Shown here: positions 33,824 through 42,521 of the stretch, piece after piece
Layout of the letters: each line of letters starts with the position of its first letter
Numbering within the stretch: position 1 is the first letter of the stretch
Source of the DNA: Gammaproteobacteria bacterium
GTDB lineage: Bacteria > Pseudomonadota > Gammaproteobacteria > UBA4575
Assembly: GCA_965221955.1 (NCBI GenBank)
Contig: CBDCTA010000022.1
Span: 1-64,000 of the forward strand
Reading direction: 5' to 3'
DNA: 64,000 nt
Notes under the pieces: generated by a model
What the model saw: only the letters and a program-made list of their open reading frames with translations
What the model was told of the DNA's origin: nothing
The model's database searches: none
Made by a program: the position numbers and the translations under genes

Positions 33824-34153
33824 ATGGCCGCTACAAAAAGCTCATCTGTTAAGAAACCACCTACAAAATCAGAAATCTTGAATCGCATCGCTGACGATAC
33901 TGATCTTTCTCGCAAAGAGGTTGCATCGGTTCTTGAGTCTCTAGAAGGATTGATCGCTAAAGAATTGAAACCACGTGGCGCTGGTTACTTTAATCTTCCT
34001 GGTCTACTAAAGATTAAAGTTGTCAAAAAACCTGCCCGCAAAGCACGTAAAGGCATCAACCCATTCACTGGCGAAGAAATGATGTTTAAAGCAAAGCCTG
34101 CAAGTAAAGGGGTTAAAGTTCTACCGCTTAAAGGTTTAAAAAGCATGGTATAA
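33824..34153 (+). CDS. HU family DNA-binding protein
   Basis: KSEIL..IA, RKGINPFTGE, KAKPAS. Confidence 0.88.
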   Translation: MAATKSSSVKKPPTKSEILNRIADDTDLSRKEVASVLESLEGLIAKELKPRGAGYFNLPGLLKIKVVKKPARKARKGINPFTGEEMMFKAKPASKGVKVLPLKGLKSMV

Positions 34154-34156
34154 CAC

Positions 34157-34193
34157 AAAAGGGTGCGCTCATTTATTTAGCGCACCCTTTTTT
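34157..34193. terminator. Bidirectional rho-independent terminator
   Basis: AAAAGGGTGCGCT-loop-AGCGCACCCTTTTTT between convergent genes. Confidence 0.85.
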
Positions 34194-34207
34194 AGTTTAG
34201 TAACCTA

Positions 34208-34660
34208 CTAAACATCGGTTACATTTAGTTTGGTTTGAATAAAAACACTGTGTGGAATATAAAGTAAATCTGCAATTTTACGAATTTGATATTCCTCATA
34301 CTTATCTAGCTTGTCATCCGCGTAAGCAACACGCCACAAATCTTCCAGCAATACCTTTTTTTCTTCCGCAGAACAGCTGTCGTTAATTATTTTAATGAAT
34401 GGATGTATCGATACATGAGTATCTTGCTCGGTTCGTGCTAAATTAATTAAATTATTTGCTGCCTCATCAGAAAAGTTGAATCTTTCTGACAAGGATTTAG
34501 CAATTGAAGTTAATTCTTCACCTTGTATATCAAAATCCGCACGACTTACTTCTAGTAATAATGCCGTAGAAGCCAGATGCAATATTTGTTGCTCATCTAT
34601 TTCTTCTTCGTTTCCTTTACTAATTTTTTCTTGTACAAACTCACTAATCGCTTTGAACAT
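34208..34660 (-). CDS. TerB family protein
   Basis: ALLLEVSRAD, LWRVAYAD, EEYQIRKIADLL. Confidence 0.85.
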   Translation of the reverse strand: MFKAISEFVQEKISKGNEEEIDEQQILHLASTALLLEVSRADFDIQGEELTSIAKSLSERFNFSDEAANNLINLARTEQDTHVSIHPFIKIINDSCSAEEKKVLLEDLWRVAYADDKLDKYEEYQIRKIADLLYIPHSVFIQTKLNVTDV

Positions 34661-34697
34661 TTTTGATTTTGTAATATAGGTTTTTTAGGAGTTAATT

Positions 34698-35009
34698 TTA
34701 ATTATTCGCGCGGTAATTTTGATAAGCGCCATTTTCAAAGCAATCAAAAAAATCTTCAGTAAGTGGATGAGTGATGGGTTCAGCACTAGTATCTGTTTCT
34801 AAATGTCGTTCTGCAACATAAGTTGTCATGAGCTGCCCATCAACTAATACGTGATACCATGGCTTATCCTTTGGCGGTTTAGACTTAGCCACTTTTTCAT
34901 ACCATTCTTCTGTGCCCGTATATTCAGCATCTACATCATAGATGACACCACGGTAATTAAATTTTTTATGCACGATCAGCTGACCAATTGAGAATTGTGC
35001 TTGATGCAT
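34698..35009 (-). CDS. hspQ: Heat shock protein HspQ (YccV-like)
   Basis: FSIGQLIVH..FNYRGVIYDVD, PWYHVLVD, YVAERHL. Confidence 0.88.
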   Translation of the reverse strand: MHQAQFSIGQLIVHKKFNYRGVIYDVDAEYTGTEEWYEKVAKSKPPKDKPWYHVLVDGQLMTTYVAERHLETDTSAEPITHPLTEDFFDCFENGAYQNYRANN

Positions 35010-35181
35010 ATGACTGACTCCTGAAGTAGCAAATAATGATTAAAACTAAGGTGATTTTACGCTATCTATATTACTTCGGGGCAAAAGATACATGGTATAA
35101 ACAAAATAATCTGCTAGGCTATAGTCATTATAATTTTTACAGTTATATTGAGAAAACTCTCTTTTTATATATTGGCAATCA

Positions 35182-35481
35182 ATGACCACCCGAAGCAAAG
35201 AGCAGCGAATATTAGTCGTCATGCGAAAACTATTGGCTCAAATCGTAAAAGATACAACGCCAGGGCCCGGCATGCGTCATCCCTTAAGTGAACAAACCAT
35301 CAAGGATATTCGTGACTGCTTTGGTTTAATTTCAGCAAGAGAACGAGAACTTGCCGAACAGGCAGGCATCGAGAATAAAGACCGTCCACGCTACATTGAT
35401 GAACCCAAAACTTCTACCGTAGTCGAATTTAAAAAACCGCATAAACATTCTTCTGATAACAAATTAACTGATGACGATTGA
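35182..35481 (+). CDS. Conserved hypothetical protein
   Basis: 99-aa ORF (KEQRIL..MRK.L..IVKDTTP.PGMRHPLS); function not assignable. Confidence 0.7.
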   Translation: MTTRSKEQRILVVMRKLLAQIVKDTTPGPGMRHPLSEQTIKDIRDCFGLISARERELAEQAGIENKDRPRYIDEPKTSTVVEFKKPHKHSSDNKLTDDD

Positions 35482-35514
35482 CCGCGTTAATTCAACGCCT
35501 AGTCATAATAACAA

Positions 35515-35919
35515 ATGTCGTCACTTTCCACACAGCAGCAAATTAATGTTACGCGCCATACTATGCGCATATTAGACGAGTGGGGAGTTTCTGGTAAAGA
35601 TATCATCCAACTTCTAGCCTTACCCAAAAATATACGTTTGCGTCATTTAGATCGATTCCGCGATGGTCAAACCTTTCCGGAATCAAACGAACTGATGGAA
35701 CGTGTAACTCATATTGCAGGCATTGCTGATGCATTACGTACAAGTTTTCCTCGCAATGCTCACATGGGAATCGTGTGGATGCAGACGCCACACCGTCGTT
35801 TTAAAAATCAAACACCTTTGAGCGTATTATCAGAACAGGGATTAAATGGCCTTCGTATGGTACGTTCAGAATTGGATTGCGCATTCTCTTGGGACGAATC
35901 GACTAACCACTATAAATAA
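35515..35919 (+). CDS. Xre/MbcA/ParS antitoxin-like domain protein
   Basis: HTH-like N-terminus; WMQTPHRRFKNQTPL resembles the MbcA/ParS C-terminal motif. Confidence 0.6.
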   Translation: MSSLSTQQQINVTRHTMRILDEWGVSGKDIIQLLALPKNIRLRHLDRFRDGQTFPESNELMERVTHIAGIADALRTSFPRNAHMGIVWMQTPHRRFKNQTPLSVLSEQGLNGLRMVRSELDCAFSWDESTNHYK

Positions 35920-36006
35920 TTTAATCCTGTCATTTGCAATGTTTGTTTCATATATAAACATGCACGTTTATAATATGAATACTTGTCAACTATTCAGCCT
36001 ATATAA

Positions 36007-36423
36007 ATGGAACTGCTAGCCGATATCAAAGTTAAGCTTGAACCTGGAGTAGAAATCACTGCAGAAAATAAATGTGGATTTTGTACTAATTCATATTGTT
36101 GCAGCTATGTTACCGAGGAGCTTGAAACTCCAAAAACAAAAACTGACTTCGAGCATATGTTATGGCAAGTCTCACATAAAAATGTTTCCGTTTATAAAGA
36201 TGATGAAGGTTGGTGGGTCTCATTTGCTGCTAAGTGTGATCACTTACAACCCGATGGAGGCTGCGGCATCTATGAAGTACGCCCACAAATCTGCCGTGAT
36301 CATACTAACGATTATTGTGAGTTTGATTCACCTGCAGAAGATGATTTCGATCTCTACTTCCCTGACTATGCAACCTTACTGAAGTATTGCAAAAAACGCT
36401 TCAAGCGCTGGAAGCGAGGATAA
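36007..36423 (+). CDS. YkgJ family cysteine-cluster protein
   Basis: CxxC..CC and C.HL...GGCGIYEVRPQICR. Confidence 0.85.
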   Translation: MELLADIKVKLEPGVEITAENKCGFCTNSYCCSYVTEELETPKTKTDFEHMLWQVSHKNVSVYKDDEGWWVSFAAKCDHLQPDGGCGIYEVRPQICRDHTNDYCEFDSPAEDDFDLYFPDYATLLKYCKKRFKRWKRG

Positions 36424-36432
36424 GCCTGTTAT

Positions 36433-37092
36433 TTAGGGCATAATTTCTTCAAAATTTGCTATAGCAGGGTAATGCAAAGTGTCTTGAGTAGGCTTTGAAC
36501 TATCCGGCTGTTTTATAGTGACTAAATGCTTCACTCCATATTCTTCTGCCGCTGCCAGCACTGCAAGGTTGTCATCTATAAAAAGTGTTGACCTGGGATC
36601 AAAAGGTTCAGCCTGCATGAGTTTATGCCAAAATTCTGCTTCTTCTTTAGCATGCCCATAATCGTGTGAAGAGATGATTTTTTCAAAATGACTTTCAAGG
36701 TTCAGATGATCCATTTTCACAGCAATACTTTTACGGTGTGCATTAGTCACTAAGGCAATATTTTTACCAAGATGATTGAGTTTACCCAAGAACTTTTCAA
36801 CGTTTGGGAAGATCTGAATATGTTTAGAGACCTCACGTTTTAATGCAGCAATATCTAATTCTAATTCATCACTCCAATAATCAATACAATACCAATCTAA
36901 TGAACCTGACTTACTCTTATAACGTGCAAGTAATTCTTGCTTGGCATCCTTGAATTGAATCGCGTGCTTTTCGCTAAATCGCAATGGCACATGCTCATGC
37001 CAGAAATAATTATCAAAATACAAATCCAACAACGTGCCATCCATATCTAAAAAGACAGTGGTAATCGTTTTCCAGTCCATCAGTGTTTGCAT
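36433..37092 (-). CDS. yrfG: GMP/IMP nucleotidase (HAD family)
   Basis: LDMDGTLLDLYFDNYFW, VTNAH, FIDD. Confidence 0.9.
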   Translation of the reverse strand: MQTLMDWKTITTVFLDMDGTLLDLYFDNYFWHEHVPLRFSEKHAIQFKDAKQELLARYKSKSGSLDWYCIDYWSDELELDIAALKREVSKHIQIFPNVEKFLGKLNHLGKNIALVTNAHRKSIAVKMDHLNLESHFEKIISSHDYGHAKEEAEFWHKLMQAEPFDPRSTLFIDDNLAVLAAAEEYGVKHLVTIKQPDSSKPTQDTLHYPAIANFEEIMP

Positions 37093-37122
37093 TAAATAGT
37101 AGATCCTTGATAATTACTCAAC

Positions 37123-37944
37123 ATGGAAATGAATGATATACGGCTAAAGAAGCTGGTCAATCCTGTTTGCGAAATAGCAAAACAAGCAGGTGCTGAAATC
37201 AAGAAAATTTATTCAGAAGGATTTGAGATTCAGGAAAAAAATGACCACTCACCTCTTACGACGGCTGATATTGCCTCACATGAAATTATTACTAGTGAGT
37301 TAAAAATGCTCACTCCAGATATTCCACTTTTGTCTGAAGAATCTACTTCAATTTCTTTTAACGAACGATCAAGTTGGAAAAACTATTGGCTAATTGATCC
37401 TCTTGATGGCACACGCGAATTTATTAAACGCAATGGCGAATTCACTGTTAACATCGCATTAATAATGGAACACAGTTCAAACCTAGGAGTAGTATACGCC
37501 CCAGTACAAGATGTTACGTATTTCGCTTCTCGAAATTATGGGGCATACAAACAAACTGAGAATCAAACGCCCGAAAAAATAACAGCTCGAACTTCTACCC
37601 CTGATAATAAACCTACTATATGTGGCAGTCGTTCACATGCCGGAAAATCGCTACAAGCTCTACAAGACAAAATTGGTGATTTTGAATTAATTAGTATGGG
37701 CAGCTCAATAAAAATGTGCTTGGTAGCAGAAGGGGTTGCAGATATTTATCCGCGCTTTGGGCCCACATCAGAATGGGACACTGCTGCTGCACATTGCATT
37801 GTCAACGAATCAGGAGGGAAAATTGTAGACACTGAACTGAAAACACTACGCTACAACACCAAAGATTCGCTGCTAAACCCCTCGTTTCTTGCAATTGGTG
37901 ATATGAATCAACAGTGGCGAGACTTTCTTAGCAGTAATCTATAG
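37123..37944 (+). CDS. cysQ: 3'(2'),5'-bisphosphate nucleotidase
   Basis: SPLTTAD, WLIDPLDGTREF, EWDTAAA. Confidence 0.95.
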   Translation: MEMNDIRLKKLVNPVCEIAKQAGAEIKKIYSEGFEIQEKNDHSPLTTADIASHEIITSELKMLTPDIPLLSEESTSISFNERSSWKNYWLIDPLDGTREFIKRNGEFTVNIALIMEHSSNLGVVYAPVQDVTYFASRNYGAYKQTENQTPEKITARTSTPDNKPTICGSRSHAGKSLQALQDKIGDFELISMGSSIKMCLVAEGVADIYPRFGPTSEWDTAAAHCIVNESGGKIVDTELKTLRYNTKDSLLNPSFLAIGDMNQQWRDFLSSNL

Positions 37945-37956
37945 CAGTTAAACTGA

Positions 37957-38373
37957 TTAAAAAGCGGGTAGTTCTCCATCGAGAAACCAAGTTTCCGCTT
38001 CTTCCAAGTACCACCAGTTTTGGGTGTCACGTATGCTTTTTACTGCATTAGTTGTTTCAAAATAGTATGAAATCTCTGCATGCACAACAGCCGTTTTTAA
38101 ATCCTCGCCCATTGCCACTTTCTTGATTTCATAATCCGTCACACGCACGTCTTTATATTCCTCAAGATCAACCTCAACAGTAGATTCATCTTGATGGCGA
38201 ATCATATTTACCGCACCTTCATACTCCCGCCAACGTAACAAGCGGCCATAAAGTCGAGAGCGTTCATCAAAAGTGTTGAGAGTTTTATTTTTCTGTGTTG
38301 AAGCACAGCCTTGTATAGATAAAGCTGAACATAGTAAAAAGCCGACAATAATAAAAACTACTTTAGCTTTCAT
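37957..38373 (-). CDS. Hypothetical lipoprotein
   Basis: Signal peptide ending IQGC. Confidence 0.7.
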   Translation of the reverse strand: MKAKVVFIIVGFLLCSALSIQGCASTQKNKTLNTFDERSRLYGRLLRWREYEGAVNMIRHQDESTVEVDLEEYKDVRVTDYEIKKVAMGEDLKTAVVHAEISYYFETTNAVKSIRDTQNWWYLEEAETWFLDGELPAF

Positions 38374-38382
38374 AATAATTAG

Positions 38383-39405
38383 TTAAACACTCCAGTTTTG
38401 TAAAACGATTTTACCAATCGTATGTCGCCCTTCAATTTCAGCATGTGCAGCTTTTAAATTTGCAGCATTAATTGGTTCTAGTACTTTATTTGTTGTCGTT
38501 TTAATCGTGCCGGCATCTACAAGTTCAGCTACACGATTTAATATATTATGTTGTTCAATCATATCATCAGTTTCATACATAGAACGTGTGAACATGAACT
38601 CCCATGAGAATGTAGCACTCTTACTCTTCAATGCACCTAAATCTACATCACCCGCAGTTTCTACGATGGAACAAATTTTACCTTGTGGCTTAATCACGGT
38701 AGCGATCGATTGCCAATGCTCATCCGTATCATTGAAACATAAAACATAATCGTATCCTTCTATACTTAGTTCCTGAACCTGCTCGGGAATATCAAGATAA
38801 TGATTGATGATATGATCCACACCTAAATCTTTACACCATTTTTTCGACTCGGGACGTGAAGCGGTAACTGTGATAGAAAGTTTTGTCAGTTGTTTGGCAA
38901 ATTGAGTAGCTACAGAGCCCACCCCTCCTGCACCACCTATAATGAGTAATTCCTTGCCTGCATCTTCATTACCTTGGCTAATTTCCAAACGATCAAACAT
39001 TGACTCCCATGCCGTAATACTGGTCAGCGGCATGGCAGCAGCTTGCGCAAAATCTAAGGACTTCGGTTTATTACCTACAATGCGCTCATCCACAATATGA
39101 AATTCGCTATTGCATCCAGGCTGTATAAAACTACCCGCATAAAAAACCTCATCACCTGCTTTAAACAGAGTGACATCAGGCCCAACTGCTTCAACCACCC
39201 CCGCAGCATCCCAGCCCAAAATTCTTGGACTTTCCTCAACCTTATCCTGTGGTGCCCGCATTTTTGTATCGACCGGATTCACCGCAACGGCGCGCACAGC
39301 AACCAATAACTCTTGCCCTTGTGGGCTGGGTTGGTCGATCTCAACATCAACCAAAGAATCCGGTGCATCAATAGGAAGGTATTTATATAAGCCAACTGCT
39401 TTCAA
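38383..39405 (-). CDS. Zinc-binding alcohol dehydrogenase / quinone oxidoreductase family protein
   Basis: VNPVDTK, LGWDAAG, GGAGGVGS, WEFMFTR. Confidence 0.9.
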   Translation of the reverse strand: MKAVGLYKYLPIDAPDSLVDVEIDQPSPQGQELLVAVRAVAVNPVDTKMRAPQDKVEESPRILGWDAAGVVEAVGPDVTLFKAGDEVFYAGSFIQPGCNSEFHIVDERIVGNKPKSLDFAQAAAMPLTSITAWESMFDRLEISQGNEDAGKELLIIGGAGGVGSVATQFAKQLTKLSITVTASRPESKKWCKDLGVDHIINHYLDIPEQVQELSIEGYDYVLCFNDTDEHWQSIATVIKPQGKICSIVETAGDVDLGALKSKSATFSWEFMFTRSMYETDDMIEQHNILNRVAELVDAGTIKTTTNKVLEPINAANLKAAHAEIEGRHTIGKIVLQNWSV

Positions 39406-39519
39406 GATTGGTCTCCAGGTTATTTATGTAAGTGTGTTTACGGCAGATCCGTATTATTCCATATAAATCGCGTCTATCGTGCTGACAGAATACTTTTTAA
39501 CCATTAAATTAATATTATA

Positions 39520-39580
39520 GTGAGCGCAGGGATGCGCGAATATAAGGTCCATCAGGGATGATGCAACAGAGTAAAGTTAA
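39520..39580 (+). repeat. 61-bp double-hairpin element, forward copy L2
   Basis: GTGAGCGCAGGGATGCGCGAATATAAGGTCCATCAGGGATGATGCAACAGAGTAAAGTTAA. Confidence 0.85.
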
Positions 39581-39628
39581 ATATACTCAAAAAATGAACA
39601 ATTTTAAAAGTCCTAACCTGGTCTCAAA

Positions 39629-39658
39629 AATGACCGCTTTTGGCCAATAGCGGTCATT
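39629..39658 (+). repeat. 30-bp cassette-boundary site
   Basis: AATGACCGCTT-TTGGCCAA-TAGCGGTCATT; contains the stop codon of the adjacent minus-strand gene. Confidence 0.9.
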
Positions 39659-40064
39659 CTTCATTCTCAACAATCTCTTCCGAGACACCCATTGTCCTAA
39701 TAAATAAAAGAAATATTACGATTGCTGCAAAACTTCGTGAAAATATTTGACCAAAACTAATAAACTCTGAAATAAATATGAGCAGCACCAATATGCAACT
39801 GGCTATAGACCAAATTGGCGCATAGTTAAGAATTTTCCATTTAGACCTATCTTCATTTATATCACTAAAATAGTGTATACATAATATCAACGCCAAGGAC
39901 ATGACTGTGATAATCACTAGACTAAAAACAGTTCTGTTACTTGATACAATAATGTAAATCCAAAGAGGGATAGAATAACTTATGCTTTTATAAAAATTTG
40001 TATCTACAAGTTCAGATATTTTTTGGCCTTTTTTGGTAAATAAAAACAAATCTTTAAAGTTCAT
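39654..40064 (-). CDS. Hypothetical membrane protein (cassette-like)
   Basis: 136 aa, about four hydrophobic segments, very AT-rich. Confidence 0.65.
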   Translation of the reverse strand: MNFKDLFLFTKKGQKISELVDTNFYKSISYSIPLWIYIIVSSNRTVFSLVIITVMSLALILCIHYFSDINEDRSKWKILNYAPIWSIASCILVLLIFISEFISFGQIFSRSFAAIVIFLLFIRTMGVSEEIVENEE

Positions 40065-40088
40065 TTTTCCATAGCGCCTGTAAAATAT

Positions 40089-40201
40089 TATGTCCGCTTT
40101 GGGTTGTTAGCAGACATTTTGAACGTTTGTTTTGAAGTTTCCAACCTGACTTCCCCTAAATTGATCTTAATTTTGTCCGCTTTCGGCCAATAGCGGACAT
40201 T
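40089..40201 (+). repeat. Pair of cassette-boundary sites (40089-40118 and 40172-40201)
   Basis: TATGTCCGCTT-TGGGTTGT-TAGCAGACATT, then a CCAACCTG linker, then TTTGTCCGCTT-TCGGCCAA-TAGCGGACATT. Confidence 0.9.
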
Positions 40202-40593
40202 TAATTACTTAATAAATCATCCATTTTATTCCAAGCTTCATTCTTAGAATAATTCTCCCTATCACATTTTTCAGCAGTGTTTTCATCAACCTCTAAATTA
40301 TCAATTAATTTATTTGTAAGACAAACTGGATCAATAACCTCTTTCCCTTTTTCTCTTTGATCTAAAACAAATTTAGATTCAACTGTAATGCAATGGTTAA
40401 TCGCCAGCATAAATGTTTCCTCACAGCTATTTTTAGACACTTCCCAACAAGCAAGCAGGTCATTATTTCCACATAATAATTCACTTATGTGAGTTTCATA
40501 AAATATTTGTGATTCACTTTTTTTGTCATCTGAACAAGAAGCTAGTAGAACTGCTGCAAAGATATAAATTAATATAATGAGATAGTTGGACAT
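40201..40593 (-). CDS. Hypothetical cysteine-containing lipoprotein (cassette-like)
   Basis: Lipobox LLASC; six further Cys residues. Confidence 0.7.
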   Translation of the reverse strand: MSNYLIILIYIFAAVLLASCSDDKKSESQIFYETHISELLCGNNDLLACWEVSKNSCEETFMLAINHCITVESKFVLDQREKGKEVIDPVCLTNKLIDNLEVDENTAEKCDRENYSKNEAWNKMDDLLSN

Positions 40594-40610
40594 AAATGTA
40601 TTACGGTGTG

Positions 40611-40772
40611 AATGTCCGCTTTGGGTCGTTAGCGGTCATTTTAATGATCTGATTTGTATTACCCAACCTGCTCATTATTCAAGTCTATCTAACTTTAATC
40701 TGTTGCATCGTCCTTGATGAAACTCATATTCGCGCATCCATACGCTTACACTTTGAGTTGTAAGCAGTCATG
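40611..40772. repeat. Boundary site (40611-40640), reverse 61-bp element (40689-40749) and half site (40751-40772)
   Basis: AATGTCCGCTT-TGGGTCGT-TAGCGGTCATT; reverse complement GTAAGCGTATGGATGCGCGAATATGAG...; CTT-TGAGTTGT-AAGCAGTCATG. Confidence 0.88.
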
Positions 40773-40824
40773 CGAAGCTTATAACAGAGAACTAATGTAG
40801 ATACGTAATGTTATTATTTAGCTC

Positions 40825-41211
40825 TTATAATTGCTCTATCACTTTCTTTAGTTTTTCTTGCACTTGATTCGCAATATCCCCTAATTTAGCATTCTCAATC
40901 GCGCGCATAGAGGCAATTGGGTCTACAGCTGAAACTTCTATCTCGCCATCATTCGTTTCTTGAACAACTACGTTGCATGGCAACATAGTTCCTATTTTAT
41001 TTTCTGCTTGCAGTGCTTGATATGCAAACGGTGGGTTGCATGCACCTAAGATACGATAGTTTTTATAGTCAACGTCCAACTTCTTTTTCAAAGTTGCTTT
41101 TACATCAATGTCTGTTAACACACCAAATCCTTCTTTTTTCAACTCCTCCGTAACCTTTTCTACAGCTTCGTCGAATGGAATTTTCATTTTGGTACTAAAG
41201 TAATAGTTCAT
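40825..41211 (-). CDS. DUF302 domain protein
   Basis: EGFGVLTDIDVKATLKKK, YRILGACNP, MLPCNVVV. Confidence 0.9.
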   Translation of the reverse strand: MNYYFSTKMKIPFDEAVEKVTEELKKEGFGVLTDIDVKATLKKKLDVDYKNYRILGACNPPFAYQALQAENKIGTMLPCNVVVQETNDGEIEVSAVDPIASMRAIENAKLGDIANQVQEKLKKVIEQL

Positions 41212-41242
41212 ATTATTCCTCTATTAAAGTAATTGTTTATGA

Positions 41243-41369
41243 AATGTCTGCTTTGGGCCGACAGGAATTTACTCCTCGGCATTTGTTCCATGCATTGCCC
41301 TACCTCCTACATCCATGTAGTCGTGCAATTTCTGCACTTCCACCCTCCATGGTAGTCGTAGCAGTCATT
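41243..41369 (+). repeat. Boundary site split by a ~97-bp insertion
   Basis: AATGTCTGCTT-TGGGCCGA [insert 41262-41358] TAGCAGTCATT. Confidence 0.75.
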
Positions 41370-41417
41370 TTAAAGATCTGATATGAAGCTCCCAACCTGC
41401 ACATTTTTTAATTATAA

Positions 41418-41478
41418 CTAACTTTAGTCAGTTGCATCGTCTCTGATGGTCCTCATATTCGTACATCCATACGCTCAC
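41418..41478 (-). repeat. 61-bp double-hairpin element, reverse copy
   Basis: Reverse complement GTGAGCGTATGGATGTACGAATATGAGGACCATCAGAGACGATGCAACTGACTAAAGTTAG. Confidence 0.85.
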
Positions 41479-42515
41479 AACTTATCTAATTCAATCTCCG
41501 CAACAGGTATTCCATGATCAGACATAGTGCGATCGGCTTCTCTCGCTGTTAACGACCAATCAAACAAATGATCATTAAATATATGTTGGTAGGTTACTTT
41601 TCCAATACGTTTGGAGTTGCGATGATAAAACTCTTGCGATACTAGAATATGGTCCAACACATCACGATTTCCTCGATGTATATGTGTATAACCAAAGTCT
41701 TTTAAATCTTGACGTGTTTGAATGGTATTCGTGCTATACAACAGCACATCCCAATACATCCGTTTTATTTTAGTTGGCCAACGAAAATGAGGCGCTTGGC
41801 CAGCAATTATTTGAGTACTTGTGCTTTCGACAATGTCATTCAAGTCTCCAAGGACAATGAGTGGTTGTTGGTTATCTTTTATATCTTCAACAACTTTAGC
41901 ACGTAATGCTGTCGCTTCTAAGCTACGAATGAGTTGTGCACGTAAAGAGCCCAGTGCACGGTGTATGGGGTTTTCTCGATCTTCACTTTCTTTATAAATC
42001 GGACGTTTTGATTTTAAATGTGCGACATAAACGACAATCTTGATATCTTCCTCAGGAATTAACACTTCTGCACGTAGCGGAGGACGTTCAAATTTTTCGA
42101 TAGGCACATCGATCAGTTGCTCTGTTCCATCCGGAGCTTTGCTAGGTATTTGAAAATCTGCAGTAGATGGAAATTTTTCGATGGATTCATGACGCAAAAT
42201 TTGAAAGCGTGTGGCCAAACCTACTTTTGGACGTAATGCTTTACCATCTTCTTCATTATTTTCACGCTCTGCACCTGGGGATAAAACTTGAGTGTGTTCC
42301 GGAAAATTTTTCGCTTTTCTTATTGCAGCCTCAAGACTTTCACTACTAAACACTTCTTGAAAACCGACAATATCAGGCTGCGCTTGATCCAGCATATGTG
42401 CAGTCCATTTAAGTTTTCGCTCATACTCCTGTTCTGTAAAGGGAGGTAACTCGTAGTAGCCAACCTGCGGCCGCACTAAATTAAGGAGATTAAAAGAAGA
42501 AACTCGAAATTCCAT
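41475..42515 (-). CDS. Endonuclease/exonuclease/phosphatase family protein
   Basis: SFNLLNL, GFQEV, HLKSKR, LGDLND, LDHILVS, SDHG. Confidence 0.9.
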   Translation of the reverse strand: MEFRVSSFNLLNLVRPQVGYYELPPFTEQEYERKLKWTAHMLDQAQPDIVGFQEVFSSESLEAAIRKAKNFPEHTQVLSPGAERENNEEDGKALRPKVGLATRFQILRHESIEKFPSTADFQIPSKAPDGTEQLIDVPIEKFERPPLRAEVLIPEEDIKIVVYVAHLKSKRPIYKESEDRENPIHRALGSLRAQLIRSLEATALRAKVVEDIKDNQQPLIVLGDLNDIVESTSTQIIAGQAPHFRWPTKIKRMYWDVLLYSTNTIQTRQDLKDFGYTHIHRGNRDVLDHILVSQEFYHRNSKRIGKVTYQHIFNDHLFDWSLTAREADRTMSDHGIPVAEIELDKL

Positions 42516-42521
42516 TTTCGA

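Noticed and set aside
24123-40640. Palindromic 30-bp sites as plain terminators
   Set aside because: They occur at both 5' and 3' gene ends with conserved arm sequence and spacer classes, and most lack a proper U-tract. A secondary terminator role is not excluded.
39629-41369. Classical integron attC array or CRISPR
   Set aside because: No RYYYAAC...GTTRRRY ends, sites are only ~30 bp, no intI or cas genes are in the window, and the intervening DNA is whole genes.
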